NCBI GenBank assembly: GCA_003971905.1
Contig: RSEE01000006.1
Location: 558,001 to 622,000 of the forward strand
DNA: 64,000 nucleotides
Origin: Moniliella sp. 'wahieum'
Taxonomy: Eukaryota
Direction: 5' to 3'
Part shown: positions 27,498 through 39,100 of the stretch, in pieces
How positions within the stretch are numbered: the first letter of the stretch is position 1
Layout of the letters: the number at the start of each line of letters is the position of its first letter
Made by a program: the position numbers and the translations under genes
The notes under the pieces: model-generated
The model's input: the letters and a program-made list of their open reading frames with translations, nothing else
What the model was told of the DNA's origin: nothing
The model's database searches: none

Positions 27498-30218
27498 ATG
27501 GCGCTTGCCTACGCCTGATTGTCTGCTCCATCCACGCTCTCTACCCCACTTGCTCTGGCTCTTCGCCCCATTTCCTCCCCAATGCTCAACACCCCACTCT
27601 CTCCTGCTCCCATCCTGGGCCCTGCCTCATCCCCGCCGGATTCGGCCTCGCCTCGGCCCCTGCCTCGACTCCCGCTGCGAACTCAACCTCCACGTTGGCG
27701 CAGATGGTGACGATCACCTACTGCCCTGCTCCTTCGATCGTCAGTACCTCCTGGTCCACTTCCTGGTCTCCAGCCACGACCGTCTCCGTCACAACCGAGG
27801 CAGTTTACTCAACCACAACTGTCTACACAACCATCTTCACACCATCTTCCACGATGCCCCTTCTGCTACCACCACGGTCACTGTCACTTCCCCAGGCCCA
27901 GCGCCTGATTCCTTGGCAGCGCCACCCACCCCTTCCCCTTCTGCCTCCTCGGCCTCCTCGTTGTGGCGACCGCATCGGCGAAAATTCCAAGGGCATGGCG
28001 GCATGGCCAACCTTGGCCTCCACCATCTTTCTGTCCCGCAACTCCAAGGCTCTTCCGCTGCTCCGTCCAAACGGCGAGGCAACCATTCTTTGCCTACGTC
28101 CTCTGATGGGATGGACTGGCAGCGGATCACTCGCACTCACGTTTCCTTGTGCCGACCGTCCGTTCCGTACCCATTCACTCTACACCGCCATGCTACGTCA
28201 CTGTTGTACCAACAAGCGCTTCCATCCCGTCCTCCTCGCTGTCCCCCGCCTCGCCATCCCCGTGTCCTCATCCCACTCGCCCTTCCCCACTGGCGGGGAG
28301 GGAAGTAGTCAAACTCATACGGCCGGCCCCACGTCCTCCCTGGCACCCATCATGCTCATCATTCCGGGGTCGCTACTTACACCCATACCCACTTGGCGAC
28401 CGTGTCCGAAACCAGCTACTATACCGTCACGCGTAGTGTTACAAGTTGGGCTACGTTGTCGCAGGGGGGCAGTACTGTCTCTTCTTCTCATCTGCCTCAG
28501 TCCTTTGCCCGATGGCAGCTTGTCCCCGGGGACGGCAAGCCACAGAGCTTACTGGCGTCCAACCAGGTCGGCAAAATTGTCGGTGGCGTGGTTGGTGGGG
28601 TCGGGGGCGCGTTACTTTTGCTGTTGCTGTGCCTCTGCCTGCTATGGCCCCTTCGGCGTCGAAAACGAGGAGAGAAGGGAGGTGGTACAACAGGGGAAAA
28701 GAGTCTTGGCTTTTGCCAAACGCCTTTTCCCCCACCAGCTCGCAGGGTCGTGGGGGGCGGGGACGCATCCAATCCTCTCTCGGCCAATGCGCCTGTGGTG
28801 ACACGACGCAAGAAGACAACTTCTCTCCGACCCGCAACCGGCTGAGCATGAATCGCTTGGCTGGCTTCCTGGCCTTGCCCCCGCTGAGGAGCCAAGACTG
28901 GCAAGCCTGTTCAACCCATCCCAAGTGCTCACACATGGCATGAACAGCACGTCCCCGGGCGCGTTGCCGGACGCGTGGCAGGCCCACGGGGAGGTGGGTA
29001 CCCCTGACGTATTTGACCGCAATCCAATGGAGAACCCTCTTGGACTACGGATGACCACGTCACTCCATACCATGGATTCGCTCGGCGCGTATGGGGGTAC
29101 CGGGACATCCCACCCTTGGCCGCTTGCCCCTTCGGGCCAATTGCTATCGCCCAGCACCCCTCACCTTTGGCTTCTGCTGTCCCCGTCCAGGGCGATCCCG
29201 GGTGGCCCTTGGCAGAAGACCGACATGCGCACAACAAATCTCCTCTCTCTCGACCTCTCCTGGCTCGGCCCCGCCGTTCCCTTCGACTCTTGGCGTCTCG
29301 CCTTCCCCCGGTACCTCGCCCAGCCCGACATGCCCTTGCATGCGGGCAGCACTCCCTTTATAGCCCCGGGACAGTGGCTCAGTGGCAAACGTGTTCTCCC
29401 CGCCTCGCCGCAAGCTGTGCTGGCAGTCGAAGGCACTGCGCCCATTGCTCGTCCCGATGATGCAGACAGCGAGAGGATGAATGTGTCCATATCCGCGGGC
29501 TCATTGCCTTCCTCGTTACCCATTCAGTCCCAGACGAGCAGCGACGGAATGCACGCGTCGTTGGCCACTGCCGCCTCGATGACCCCTGCCAATGCGCCGG
29601 GGCCCAGCTCCAGCACCCATTCCTTCCCCCCGAGCATACGGGGACGTATGGTGGTGACAGTACGTTGAATGCGCCCCCATTCCAATGAGTCCCGTCCCCG
29701 ATTCTGGTCAACCCGATCGCTCTGCGATGCAGGTGGCCGCCGCACTAGTGACCCAGGGCCGATGGGGGGTGAGGCGTGGGTTGGGTGGGCTTGGCGAGGC
29801 CACAGGCCGCCCCACCCCGTCGACAGTCAGCCGGGTCCGGATCGACCCCGACGCCCTTATTTCGAACGCCCTGTGTCTTCTCACCCTCTCCCGCGTGCCG
29901 AGGGGCACAGAGCCAGTGCCCCTGTCAGTGCCAACGAACACGGCACGTCGGAATCCGATCCGCTTGATGTGCATACAGCCTATTCCCATTCCCAATCCCA
30001 ATCCCATTCCATCCCCGCCTTGGGGGGAGCACGAGCATGGGGCACAGCGAGGAGATGAGTGCCGGCGTGGGCGGGTCCAGTTGGCCGTATGGCTCCATCC
30101 CCCCTCCGCCTCTACCCGGTTCCAGCCCCATTTCGCCCATCACGCCCGCAAGCGCTTTCCCGCCCTCGCGCTACTCGCACAATTTGGGCAAGCTCACGGC
30201 AGAGATGGAGGGGGACCC

Positions 30219-30250
<32 letters not shown>

Positions 30251-30938
30251 AAGCTGGGCAGGCCGGGCTAGCCGGGACTTGGACAACGGGACCATTGTTG
30301 GACTCACCTGCTGCTGCAGGTGGGGCTTCGCCTACCTCTTCTGCGTCACCGTACATGTTCCTCCCGCTGGGCCTTTTCTCCGGCTGCCAGACTGATGCGC
30401 GAGCTGGACCGGCGGTTGCCCCGCTGCATTGGACCCCGGGATGGTGCATCTCGACTCGCCGCTGGACCGGGCGGCGGAAGATGTGCAACGGTCGCTGGAC
30501 TCCCAGGTAGCGGGCCTCGGAGGTCCCGACGCCTCGGTCTATTCACAGTTTCCTTCTCCTCCCGCCTCTTACTCACTACGTCCACCATCTCCCTCCCTCT
30601 CCCCCTCCCTTTCTCCTGCCTATGCCAGCCTGCAAGTCGAAGCGTTCTCCTCCGACTCGAGCAGCCACGAGCGCCCCCGCTCTTCGACCGAAGGGTCCAA
30701 CGTGCTTGCGGCGCCTTGGCAGCCCTTGCCTCGGGCCGCGCCCGAGGACGCCGCCGACCCGGGCGCGGAGATGGCGACCGAGCACGTGCCTGGGACAAGC
30801 GAGTTTTACGGCCGGCCGCGGCTCGGCCCGCTGTTGGTGATCAATACCGATCCGCCTCCCCAGCCCTCGTCCACCGCTTCGCCCTCCCCAGCTGCCTCGT
30901 CTCTCCCGCCCGCTTCGTCCCAGACGGGAGGGGAGTGA
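27498..30938 (+). CDS. Ser/Thr/Pro-rich single-pass membrane protein (mucin/Mid2/Wsc-like topology); frameshifted, start uncertain
   Basis: S/T-rich ectodomain pieces (VSTSWSTSWSPATTVSVTTEAVYSTTTV). TM helix KIVGGVVGGVGGALLLLLLCLCLLWPL followed by RRRKR at about 28570-28670. Long disordered tail ending ...RPRLGPLLVINTDPPPQ...*. Confidence 0.65.
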
Positions 30939-31204
30939 AGCGATTGGGGAACGGAATGGACCAGCGAGGGGCGGCGGCGTAGTGGTGGCGTGTCGGCTTG
31001 GCTTTCTTTTTGGCTTTCTGCGTTTTGTGACGTCTATATACCCATGCTGTTGGAACGTTCGTTGTCCCTCTTGTTGAGCTTTACCAAAGGCTGGATCGAT
31101 TATTTTGAGTGGGGCAGTGCAAGTAGAAGAGTACAGACATGCTAGATATGCAAGTGCAGTCAGTCGGGTGCCGAGCCGCTTCCTTCTCCCGACCAGTCAC
31201 TTGA

Positions 31205-34200
31205 CTAGACAGACGCATCGCGAACGATCCTCACAGCAAAGGGGGCAGCCGGATGGATCGGCACGCCGCGGCCGGACGGGAGCAAGGGGCCATACGCGGC
31301 GCGGAGACGGTGGAGGGCATGCAGCGCCTCACTCGCCTCGCCCGGACCGAGGCAGGCAGGACTCGAGCGTGCCTCCAACGCGGTCCGGATCCTGCCCACC
31401 GCATGGACCAAAAGGAAATGGTAAAGCAACGGCAAATCCGCCAGCGGCTCGCCCAGCCCAATTGCGGCCGCAGCACCAGGGCACAAGCACGAAGCGCTGC
31501 GTGAAGCGAGGTGCGCAGCAGACGGGGGCCCCCAGCCACAGTGAGCGGCATGCCAGCCAAACCCAGTGCACTCCTCATGCCGCTGTATCCCACAATGGCC
31601 AAGTAGGATTCCGCCAAAGCAAACAACAGTTCAATGTCCGCCGCCGAAGGCGTGGTAGGAGTAAGGTCGGTCCAGTGCTGGGCTTTGGCCCCAATCTCAT
31701 GCAACGCATCAATCCAATGCGTCGTCTCCGTGACCAAACGCGCCGCTGCGCTCGCCTTCGGCCGCGTAGGGGCCACTGGCCTTTCTGCCCCCGCCAAAAG
31801 CGGTGCGAGAGGAGGATGAGGCAGCCGCAGTAGGCGTGCTGGACGGATTGGATAAGTGGCTGAATCGTCGGTGCGCCGTCGCTCGGGATGCCCCGGCGCC
31901 AGGCGTGGAAGAAGGGTAACCCGAGAAGTGGGACATGCTCATGGCCCGCACCCCAGGTCCACCAGGTCCTTCGCCCCGAGCCCATTGGGGGGATATGGCT
32001 GAGAGGAAGCAGTGCTGTTGGAGGCAGACAGACTCTGACGCATACCACTAACGTCGCGTGCAACGGTGCGTGCTTGGAGCAAGAGGTGACTGACGGTAGT
32101 ATGAACGAGAAGACGCGCATCTTCGGCCTCGCTTTGCTCCGCGGGCAAACGGGGAGGAAGAGGAGCAACGGGCTCCGGTAACTGGCCAACCATCAGGCAT
32201 CTTCTCCCGGAAGAAGGTAGGACATCTCTCCGTCTCCTGTCGGCGCACATTCCGGATGAAAGCGGGGGAGGCTAAACGTATCGAGGGCAGGAGCGACAGG
32301 AGGGACAGATTCGCTCCCGGGACGGGACCGGGAGCCGTAGGAGACAGCGCCAATGGTCCCGCCCATCCGGAAGACCCAGGAGAGTTGCTTTGGCTTGGGG
32401 GACGCCATGCATTCGGGCCAGGCGGTAGCATGGAGCTGGCGGGGGGGAGTTGTTGTCGGCCGAGTGAGCCTTTACTGTGAGACAAGGATTGCGACCGGTT
32501 CCAGTTCGGTGTAGAGCCCGAGGTAGGGGGTACGACAACAGGGGTAGAGGGTGCGTAGGTGGCAGGCGCGGCAGATTTGCCCGCCCCCGTTCGATGTGTT
32601 CCACCTGAACGCTTGGACTTGGAGATACGCTGAGCACGGCGCTGGGTTACATCGTGGGCCAAACGATCGACGTGAGCGGTAGGCTGCCAGTCGATTGGTT
32701 TTCCCCCGAAAGCAGGCACGCATGGGCTAGACCAGACCCGTCAGCTAGTCAGTATCGGTACAAGAACAGACGGGAGAGGGGATTGCGCACCTTCAGCCAC
32801 GTAAGCCATCAGACCCACCCGATTGCGTTCCAGCCCTTCGATTTGACGCCACGGCGGTAGGATTGACAGCGCCTCGCCCAAGGTGAGTTGGTGCGCTTGG
32901 GTCGAGGGTGAGGTACCTTGGGCATAGATGCCCACCCCGCCGCCTAAGGGAGAAGGGCTGACGCTTAACCGGCTCATATCCCCCGTCGGACCGGGGGAGG
33001 ACCGGATGTGGATGCACGACACGAGAGGAGGCGGTCCTGCGGTTCGTCAGTTCGTCAAATGGATTGACCACCACCGAGCCAAGCGAGCCGTTTGCCATGT
33101 CGTCACGAATCCGCCCCCGACGAGAAACAGGGAGGGCAAGGAGAGGGTCGTACCACGCATCTTCATCAGCGAAGAAGAAGAAGCGGATGCATAGTAGCAC
33201 AAGCCGCTGATAACGATGCTCATCTTCTGCCCCACCAAAGAGGGAAAAGAGAGAGGCGCCCAAGATCTCTTCGATGCCAACGCCAGCCTCGGGGTCGAGT
33301 GGGGTGTCAGCAGTCAGATTGCCACAAATGCAGTGGCCTCCGCTTGGGCTTGGGCGAGCGAGCAGCCAAGTGCAGCTGAACATCGCCACCGCCTTCTGGA
33401 ACCCCGGGGCCTGCAAGGCCAACACCCGTATCAGGGATGGGGCAAATGTGCCTTGTACTCCGGTTGACAAAAAGATGCGTTCCAGCACATCGGCACGTAG
33501 TGCATCGGCCGCCTCCATCAATGCGGGGGTGTCGTATAAGAACCGGGCATCATGCTTGGCTTGCTCAAGACTGACCAGTCGGTTGACATCGCTTCATTTT
33601 CACTCCAGTTGGCGTGGGGGTGTCAGAGGGGGGCTGACGATTGGGGGAGGAGCGGGAGGGAGTAATGGATCACAGCAGCTGCTCTGCCTGCTGAGAGAGC
33701 CAAGACGGCAGCCATGACATCGGGGTCAAAAGTTCTGTGGGGGCATAACATGGTCCGCCAAACGCGTGCGGTGCTTCGTGCGTGCCAAAACGACGAACAA
33801 TGCGGGCCTGGGAACGCGTGACGAGCCGCAAGGAGATCACTGTTCGTGGATCGCGTAGGACGAATGGTAGACGGGTGGAGGTAAGCTGAGTTGTAGTGCT
33901 CCATTCGACGTGTGACGGGGTGTGGTGCGGATGAGAGGACGACGAAGCAGCGGGTGGAGGTGGTCCGAGTCGCAGGGTCCGGATGGCTCCTGGGGCGATC
34001 GGATGAAGGGCGGCGGACTGCGATAAGGGTAGCGGGTGGGGGTGCCATTCATTGTCAAGAGGGCGAGGCTTACCGGCCCCAGTGCCCGGAGGGGGCACGC
34101 TTCGTTCGGCAAGTGAGGTGGGCAGCACGCTTCTTGTCTTGGCGCAAGAACTGAGGGGAAAGTGCCGTTTGCGTGGCTGGGAAGCAACTGGGGGGCAGCA

Positions 34201-34909
34201 TCTGGCAGGGCGCGGCAGGAGGAGGCTGCGGCGTTGACGGAAGCTACCGTCGCTGTCGTTGCAGCTGCTGATGCTGATGGTGTAGTTGAGGAGGGCAGCG
34301 CAGGCGAGGTCCACTGGGCCAGGATGGCAAAGATCTTGCTCACGTCCTGAGACAGGGCCGCAATGGTAGCATCAGTGGAGGCGCGCCAGTCTTCATCATG
34401 GCTGCGCAGACGAAACTGGCAGAGGTGCGGCTGGTTGAGCGAGAGGCAGCGCTGGCACGGAGGTTTGGCACCCGTATTTTCACACTTGGCCTTGGCACGA
34501 CGGCATTGTACGCATGCACGCTGTTGCTTTGTCGGTCCACGACCCGGGCGGGCACGCTGACCACCGGCTGCGCCGTCGGCCGCACCGGCAGGTCCTCGGT
34601 CCTGGGCGCGGCCCGCGCCAGCTGCCCCTTGCCGCTGGCCCGATCCCGATCCGGAGCGCGAACCATGATTGAACGGTGGGGATGTCTGACTGGGGGGCTG
34701 GCCAGAGGAGACGGTGGCACGGTCACGCAGGTTGTCATGGCTTAGGATGTCGTCATCGTCGTCGTCGTCGTCGTCGTCATCCTCCCCCTCATCCTCATCG
34801 TTGTCCAGATCCGAGTCGGGTGCACCGAGGCGGCGGCGCTTGCGGGGATGGGAGGGGAGAGGGATGCTGTGGGTGGGTGGGAGGCGGCGGCGGGAGCGGC
34901 AGCGGGCAT
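31205..34909 (-). CDS. Zn(II)2Cys6 fungal transcription factor (frameshifted; zinc cluster missing from the ORF track)
   Basis: Minus-strand translation of 34514-34419 gives CVQC-RRAKAK-C-ENTGAKPP-C-QR-C-LSLNQPHL-C (Cx2Cx6Cx8Cx2Cx8C). It is in frame with ORF 33837-34343 and preceded by PRKRRR and a poly-Asp tract. Downstream helical region lies in ORFs 32793-33521 and 31231-31797. Confidence 0.85.
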
Positions 34910-34954
34910 AGCGCAGTCGGTGGGCGCGAGGCGAGAGGCGATGCCGACGGGGGG

Positions 34955-35062
34955 GGGCGATGGGGGTTGGGCGATGGGCGCTGGAGGATGGGCGGTGGAG
35001 GATGGCGCTGGAGGATGGGCGCTGGAGGATGGGCGATGGGCGATGGGCGCTGGAGATGGCTG
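34955..35062. repeat. Imperfect 14-bp G-rich minisatellite (GGGCGCTGGAGGAT, 4-5 copies) with interspersed GGGCGAT units
   Basis: gggcgctggaggatgggcggtggaggatggcgctggaggatgggcgctggaggatgggcgatgggcgatgggcgctggagatgg. Confidence 0.85.
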
Positions 35063-36123
35063 AGCGCTGGCTGATAGCTGGGCCAGCCAGTGTACATCCG
35101 ATTAGGGTCCGACGTTCGGAGGGAGGGGCGGCTGAGCTAAGCGGGCAGCGCCACCCAACGCATGCAAAGCGCTAATGCTCGACAGACGCCTATCGACTAT
35201 CGCTGCATCTGCCCCGCAGCAGCCCTGCGCCGCAGGGGCAGCAGCGCCAGTGGGGCAGCCACCGCCTGCCGCTGGCGCAGCACAGCGCTCGGGCCTAAGT
35301 TTCAGCGCTCAGCGGACGCGCTGACGCGTGACATGCGACGCTTGCTGGCTCGACTCCTCGCAGCGTGTGCCTGGGGCCGCCCCCGCAGCCGCATGCGGCA
35401 CGCGCATGCTGCATGCTGTGCGCCATGCTGCATGCTGCGCTGCATGCCCAGGCACTGCGCCACACACCCGTCCACCGCCCCCCGCTGGCCAGTGCGCCAC
35501 TGTGTGGGGGCGTCTGGGGTGGTGCATGGTGTGGGACCTGGCATGCGCTTCGTAACGCATAACTAGTAACTAGCAGCCCTTGCAACCGGGATCTAAAATC
35601 GAATAGGTACGGGCTAGCGATCATCGACAGATCATGCATCACCCATCAGCGCAACCGTCGCGCTCTTAGATCTTATCCAGCCGCTCTGGCCGGTGATGCA
35701 TGATGTGATGAATCCCGATGCCAACCGAAAAGCCAGCCAAGAGCTGGACGTCAAGTAGACGATGGCCGATAGTCGATAGGGATTGATTGCGGGTGACCGA
35801 TAGTAGAGAGTAGCGGAGAGGGACAAGTGGAAGAGAAGGACGACCAAGCTACGACTGCCGAAGCTTTGCCGAGGAGACACGTCGGACTGCCACACTTGCG
35901 CCCGGGCGGAACGAGCGGAGGTAGCTGTCGGGTGCAAGTGGTCCAGTGGGAGCGGCGAAGTGCGGCTACGCTATCATCATGTTCTTGGCACTGCACTATA
36001 ATGTGTCCCAACACCGTCGGCTCCCATCCCATCTCCAGCTCCCCAAAGCGAAGGCTGCAAGGGCACACAGGCCAAATAGCATACACTGAGGCTGTGCGAG
36101 AACCCCGTATGTGCGCCGCCTCG

Positions 36124-39100
36124 TCAGACCGCCGACGCTGCCTCCCTCGCTGCCGTCGCCACGTGGCCCAGCAGCGCTGCGACGGTGCGTGCTGCGGCGC
36201 TGCCGCCAGCGACCAGCGCGCCGAGGCGAACGGCGTCGCGCAGCGGGTCCCACACCACGTCCAGCCGCACCACCACCGCCGTCGCTCCTTCCCCACCGGC
36301 GCCGCCATACTCGGGCCGCAGCCCCACATCCAGCTGCTCCGGAAGCGCATCCTCGTCCTCGCTTGGGTTAAGGCTTAGGTTACCGCCCCCGCCTCCTCGC
36401 GTCCCTCCTGGCCACAGCACGTTGACCTCCGTGTCGGTCACCTGGCCTGCCGACGATGCCGGACTGGTCCCTTCCCATGCCCGCTGTCGTCCCAGCTCTT
36501 GCTGCACCGCCTGCGCCAGTTGCAGCAGTCCGCTGCCCGACAGGCCATCCGCCCCGTCCGCGGCAGTAACGACGAGCGGCAGCGTGTGGGCCAGCGGGAC
36601 GGCCGTCCGTGCCAGGTCGATGCCACCCAAGCTGGTGCTTCGGCCCAAGCGCACTACGCCCATGGTTACATCCCGTGTGCCGAGCAGGCGAGCCAGCGCG
36701 TGCGCCCACGAGGCGAGCAAGAGACTGCGAACGGTTACCTTGCCCTGCCACGCGGATCGAACCAACGCCTGTTCCAGCTGGGCCACGCCCACCAAGGCGT
36801 CGTCCAACCGGACAAAGGTGCCTCCAGCCACGGGTGTAGAACTCACAGGCCAAGCACGCCTACCTTCCATCGAAGGGCTGGGCTGCTGCAACGCCGAGCG
36901 AACTAAGGTGACTGGTGCGGTGGCGAGCGTTCGGGCCCAGTACGCCTGCACTTCGGCTTGGCCCGCCTTGTGCGCTGCGGCCCACGCTATTGTGGCATAT
37001 CCGTCAGGACCCACGCGCGTGCCAGGGAACCGAACAAGCTGAACCCAATCCGACACAAGCAGTGCGAGCGATTGCGCGTCGTACAGTGCATGATGCAAAT
37101 GCACCAGTGCCACCACTTCCTGTTCCAATGGAACAAGCTGGATGTGAACCAGGTCCGGGTGCCTGGCGCGCTCCACGTCGGCGTAGAATGCTGTCGTCCA
37201 CTTTTTGGCCACTGCCTCCGCCCACCCACGCACGCCCCTTCCTTCCTCAGGAGATGCCTCGACGGGACGCACGGTGATGTGAGCATCCTCTTTTCCCACC
37301 TGGGCCAAGGTGCGAGACGGGGTAAAGTTCAGTCGCAGCACTTCGTGGCCAGCAACAAGCTCAGACCAAGCGTGGGCCAGTTGTTCCACAGTTGGCCCGC
37401 AGAAGAGGTATGCAAATGTTGATTTCTTCTTGGAGCGGACCCGGAAGCAGATGATCCGCCTGGGAAGGGAGGATGGGGATATCCGTCTCGGACAGGGCAT
37501 GTCCACTAGGAGCAGGCGTCGATGTCAGTGCCAAGCGAGCAATGCCCTCAGGCGTCTGCCCCTCCAAGATCTGGCCGAGGGTAAGCGGCGCGATCAACGA
37601 GTCCCGGCCGAACCGGTGGTAATGATGCACAATAGCAATGGCCGTGACAGAGTCGACACCCAGGTCGACCAGTGGAGTATGAGGCAGAACTTCGTCCATG
37701 CTCATGTTGACCACATGCGCCACGGCTTGCCGCACGCAGCGCGTTACCTCTTCCGATCGTTCAGCTACCTCGTCCGGCAAGGCCTTCTCGGCAGATGGTT
37801 CGTTCTTAGGTGAGCGGCAAGGTGGGCATGCCTTTGGGCTGGGTCGATGCCAAGATGGCCCCAAGTTGGTCCTCTGGTTGGGACAGAAGCACACGTCGCA
37901 TCACTTCAGCCCACCACTGAGCCACTCCCCGCGTCCAGTGTCGTTGATCGTCCAAAGAAAGATGGGGCGAGCGAGGTGTAAGCACCCGAACCGACAACTG
38001 GTCCCGTCCAGCTCGCACTTCAAAGTTGAGCCCGTACTGCACCTGAGCGCCCTGCTCGTCTTCCCCCTCGTCCATAGGAGAACCTGGTTGGGTGGGTACG
38101 TCGAGCGACTTGGTAGTCGAACAGCGTGTCGAACAGTTGTCCGTCTGGCGACCCTATCCCATCTCGTCGACGGGTCTGTCCTACCGACTGAGTCACTTGG
38201 CGGAGAGACACCCGGTCGTGCTGGCCCTCCGCGTACATCAGATCCTTGAGGGAGAGAAGGGCGTCATGGACGCTCAGACGAGCCATCTCGTCCGTCAAGA
38301 TCAGAGCCGGTACGGTATTGAGCAGACAGCCGGCTGTGACGTTGGCCATACCGGTTCCCACTCGCGTCCGCAATGACGAGACGCGGCCCAGAATCACCTT
38401 GGCTTGGCTCAAGGGGTCCGCGATCCCAGCCCGTACCCATGCTGCAGCGAAGGCAGCGAGGACGGCGAGAGTAACGCCTTGCTCGGCCACCCACGTGCGC
38501 GCTTGAGCTAATGTGATGCCCGGACAGATTGGACGCTGACGACACTGCCGGTCGACTCTGCGGTTGCGACAACGGGGAGCGGAGGCAGGGGTTGGCAAGG
38601 CGCCAGACGATCCACCCAAAATGTATGATCGGCCTCGGTGGGCAACAGATCGCGCACGACAGAACTAAAGGGAACAGGGTGGATGTCGTCTCTTTCGGAT
38701 TTCTTGTCTCCTAGGTAGGCCAGCAGAGCATCCATGCTCACCGCGTCATAGAGCCTGCACCACAGTGGTTAGTCCAATACGCATCAGGGTCGGATTCAGA
38801 AACAGAAACGTACGCATGGTGCAAAGTCAACGTGAGATGGGTAGGAGTGCGCACTCGCACCGCCCAAGGCTGACGACCTTGGCGATCAGCGCGCGCAGCT
38901 GGGAAGGTTCGAGAAGCCTAAGTCCAAAGCACCAGCCAGTACGGCCGCATGGTCGTGACGGACGGTCTGAACCCAAGGCATGCCCCGCTCCTGCCCTGTT
39001 GCGTATCCTTCTTGATCAGGATGAAGGGAGAAGGAGAGGCAGAGCAGATCAAATGCCCGAATGGCCTCAAGCAAAGCGCTGTGGGCCCCCACCCCCTCAG

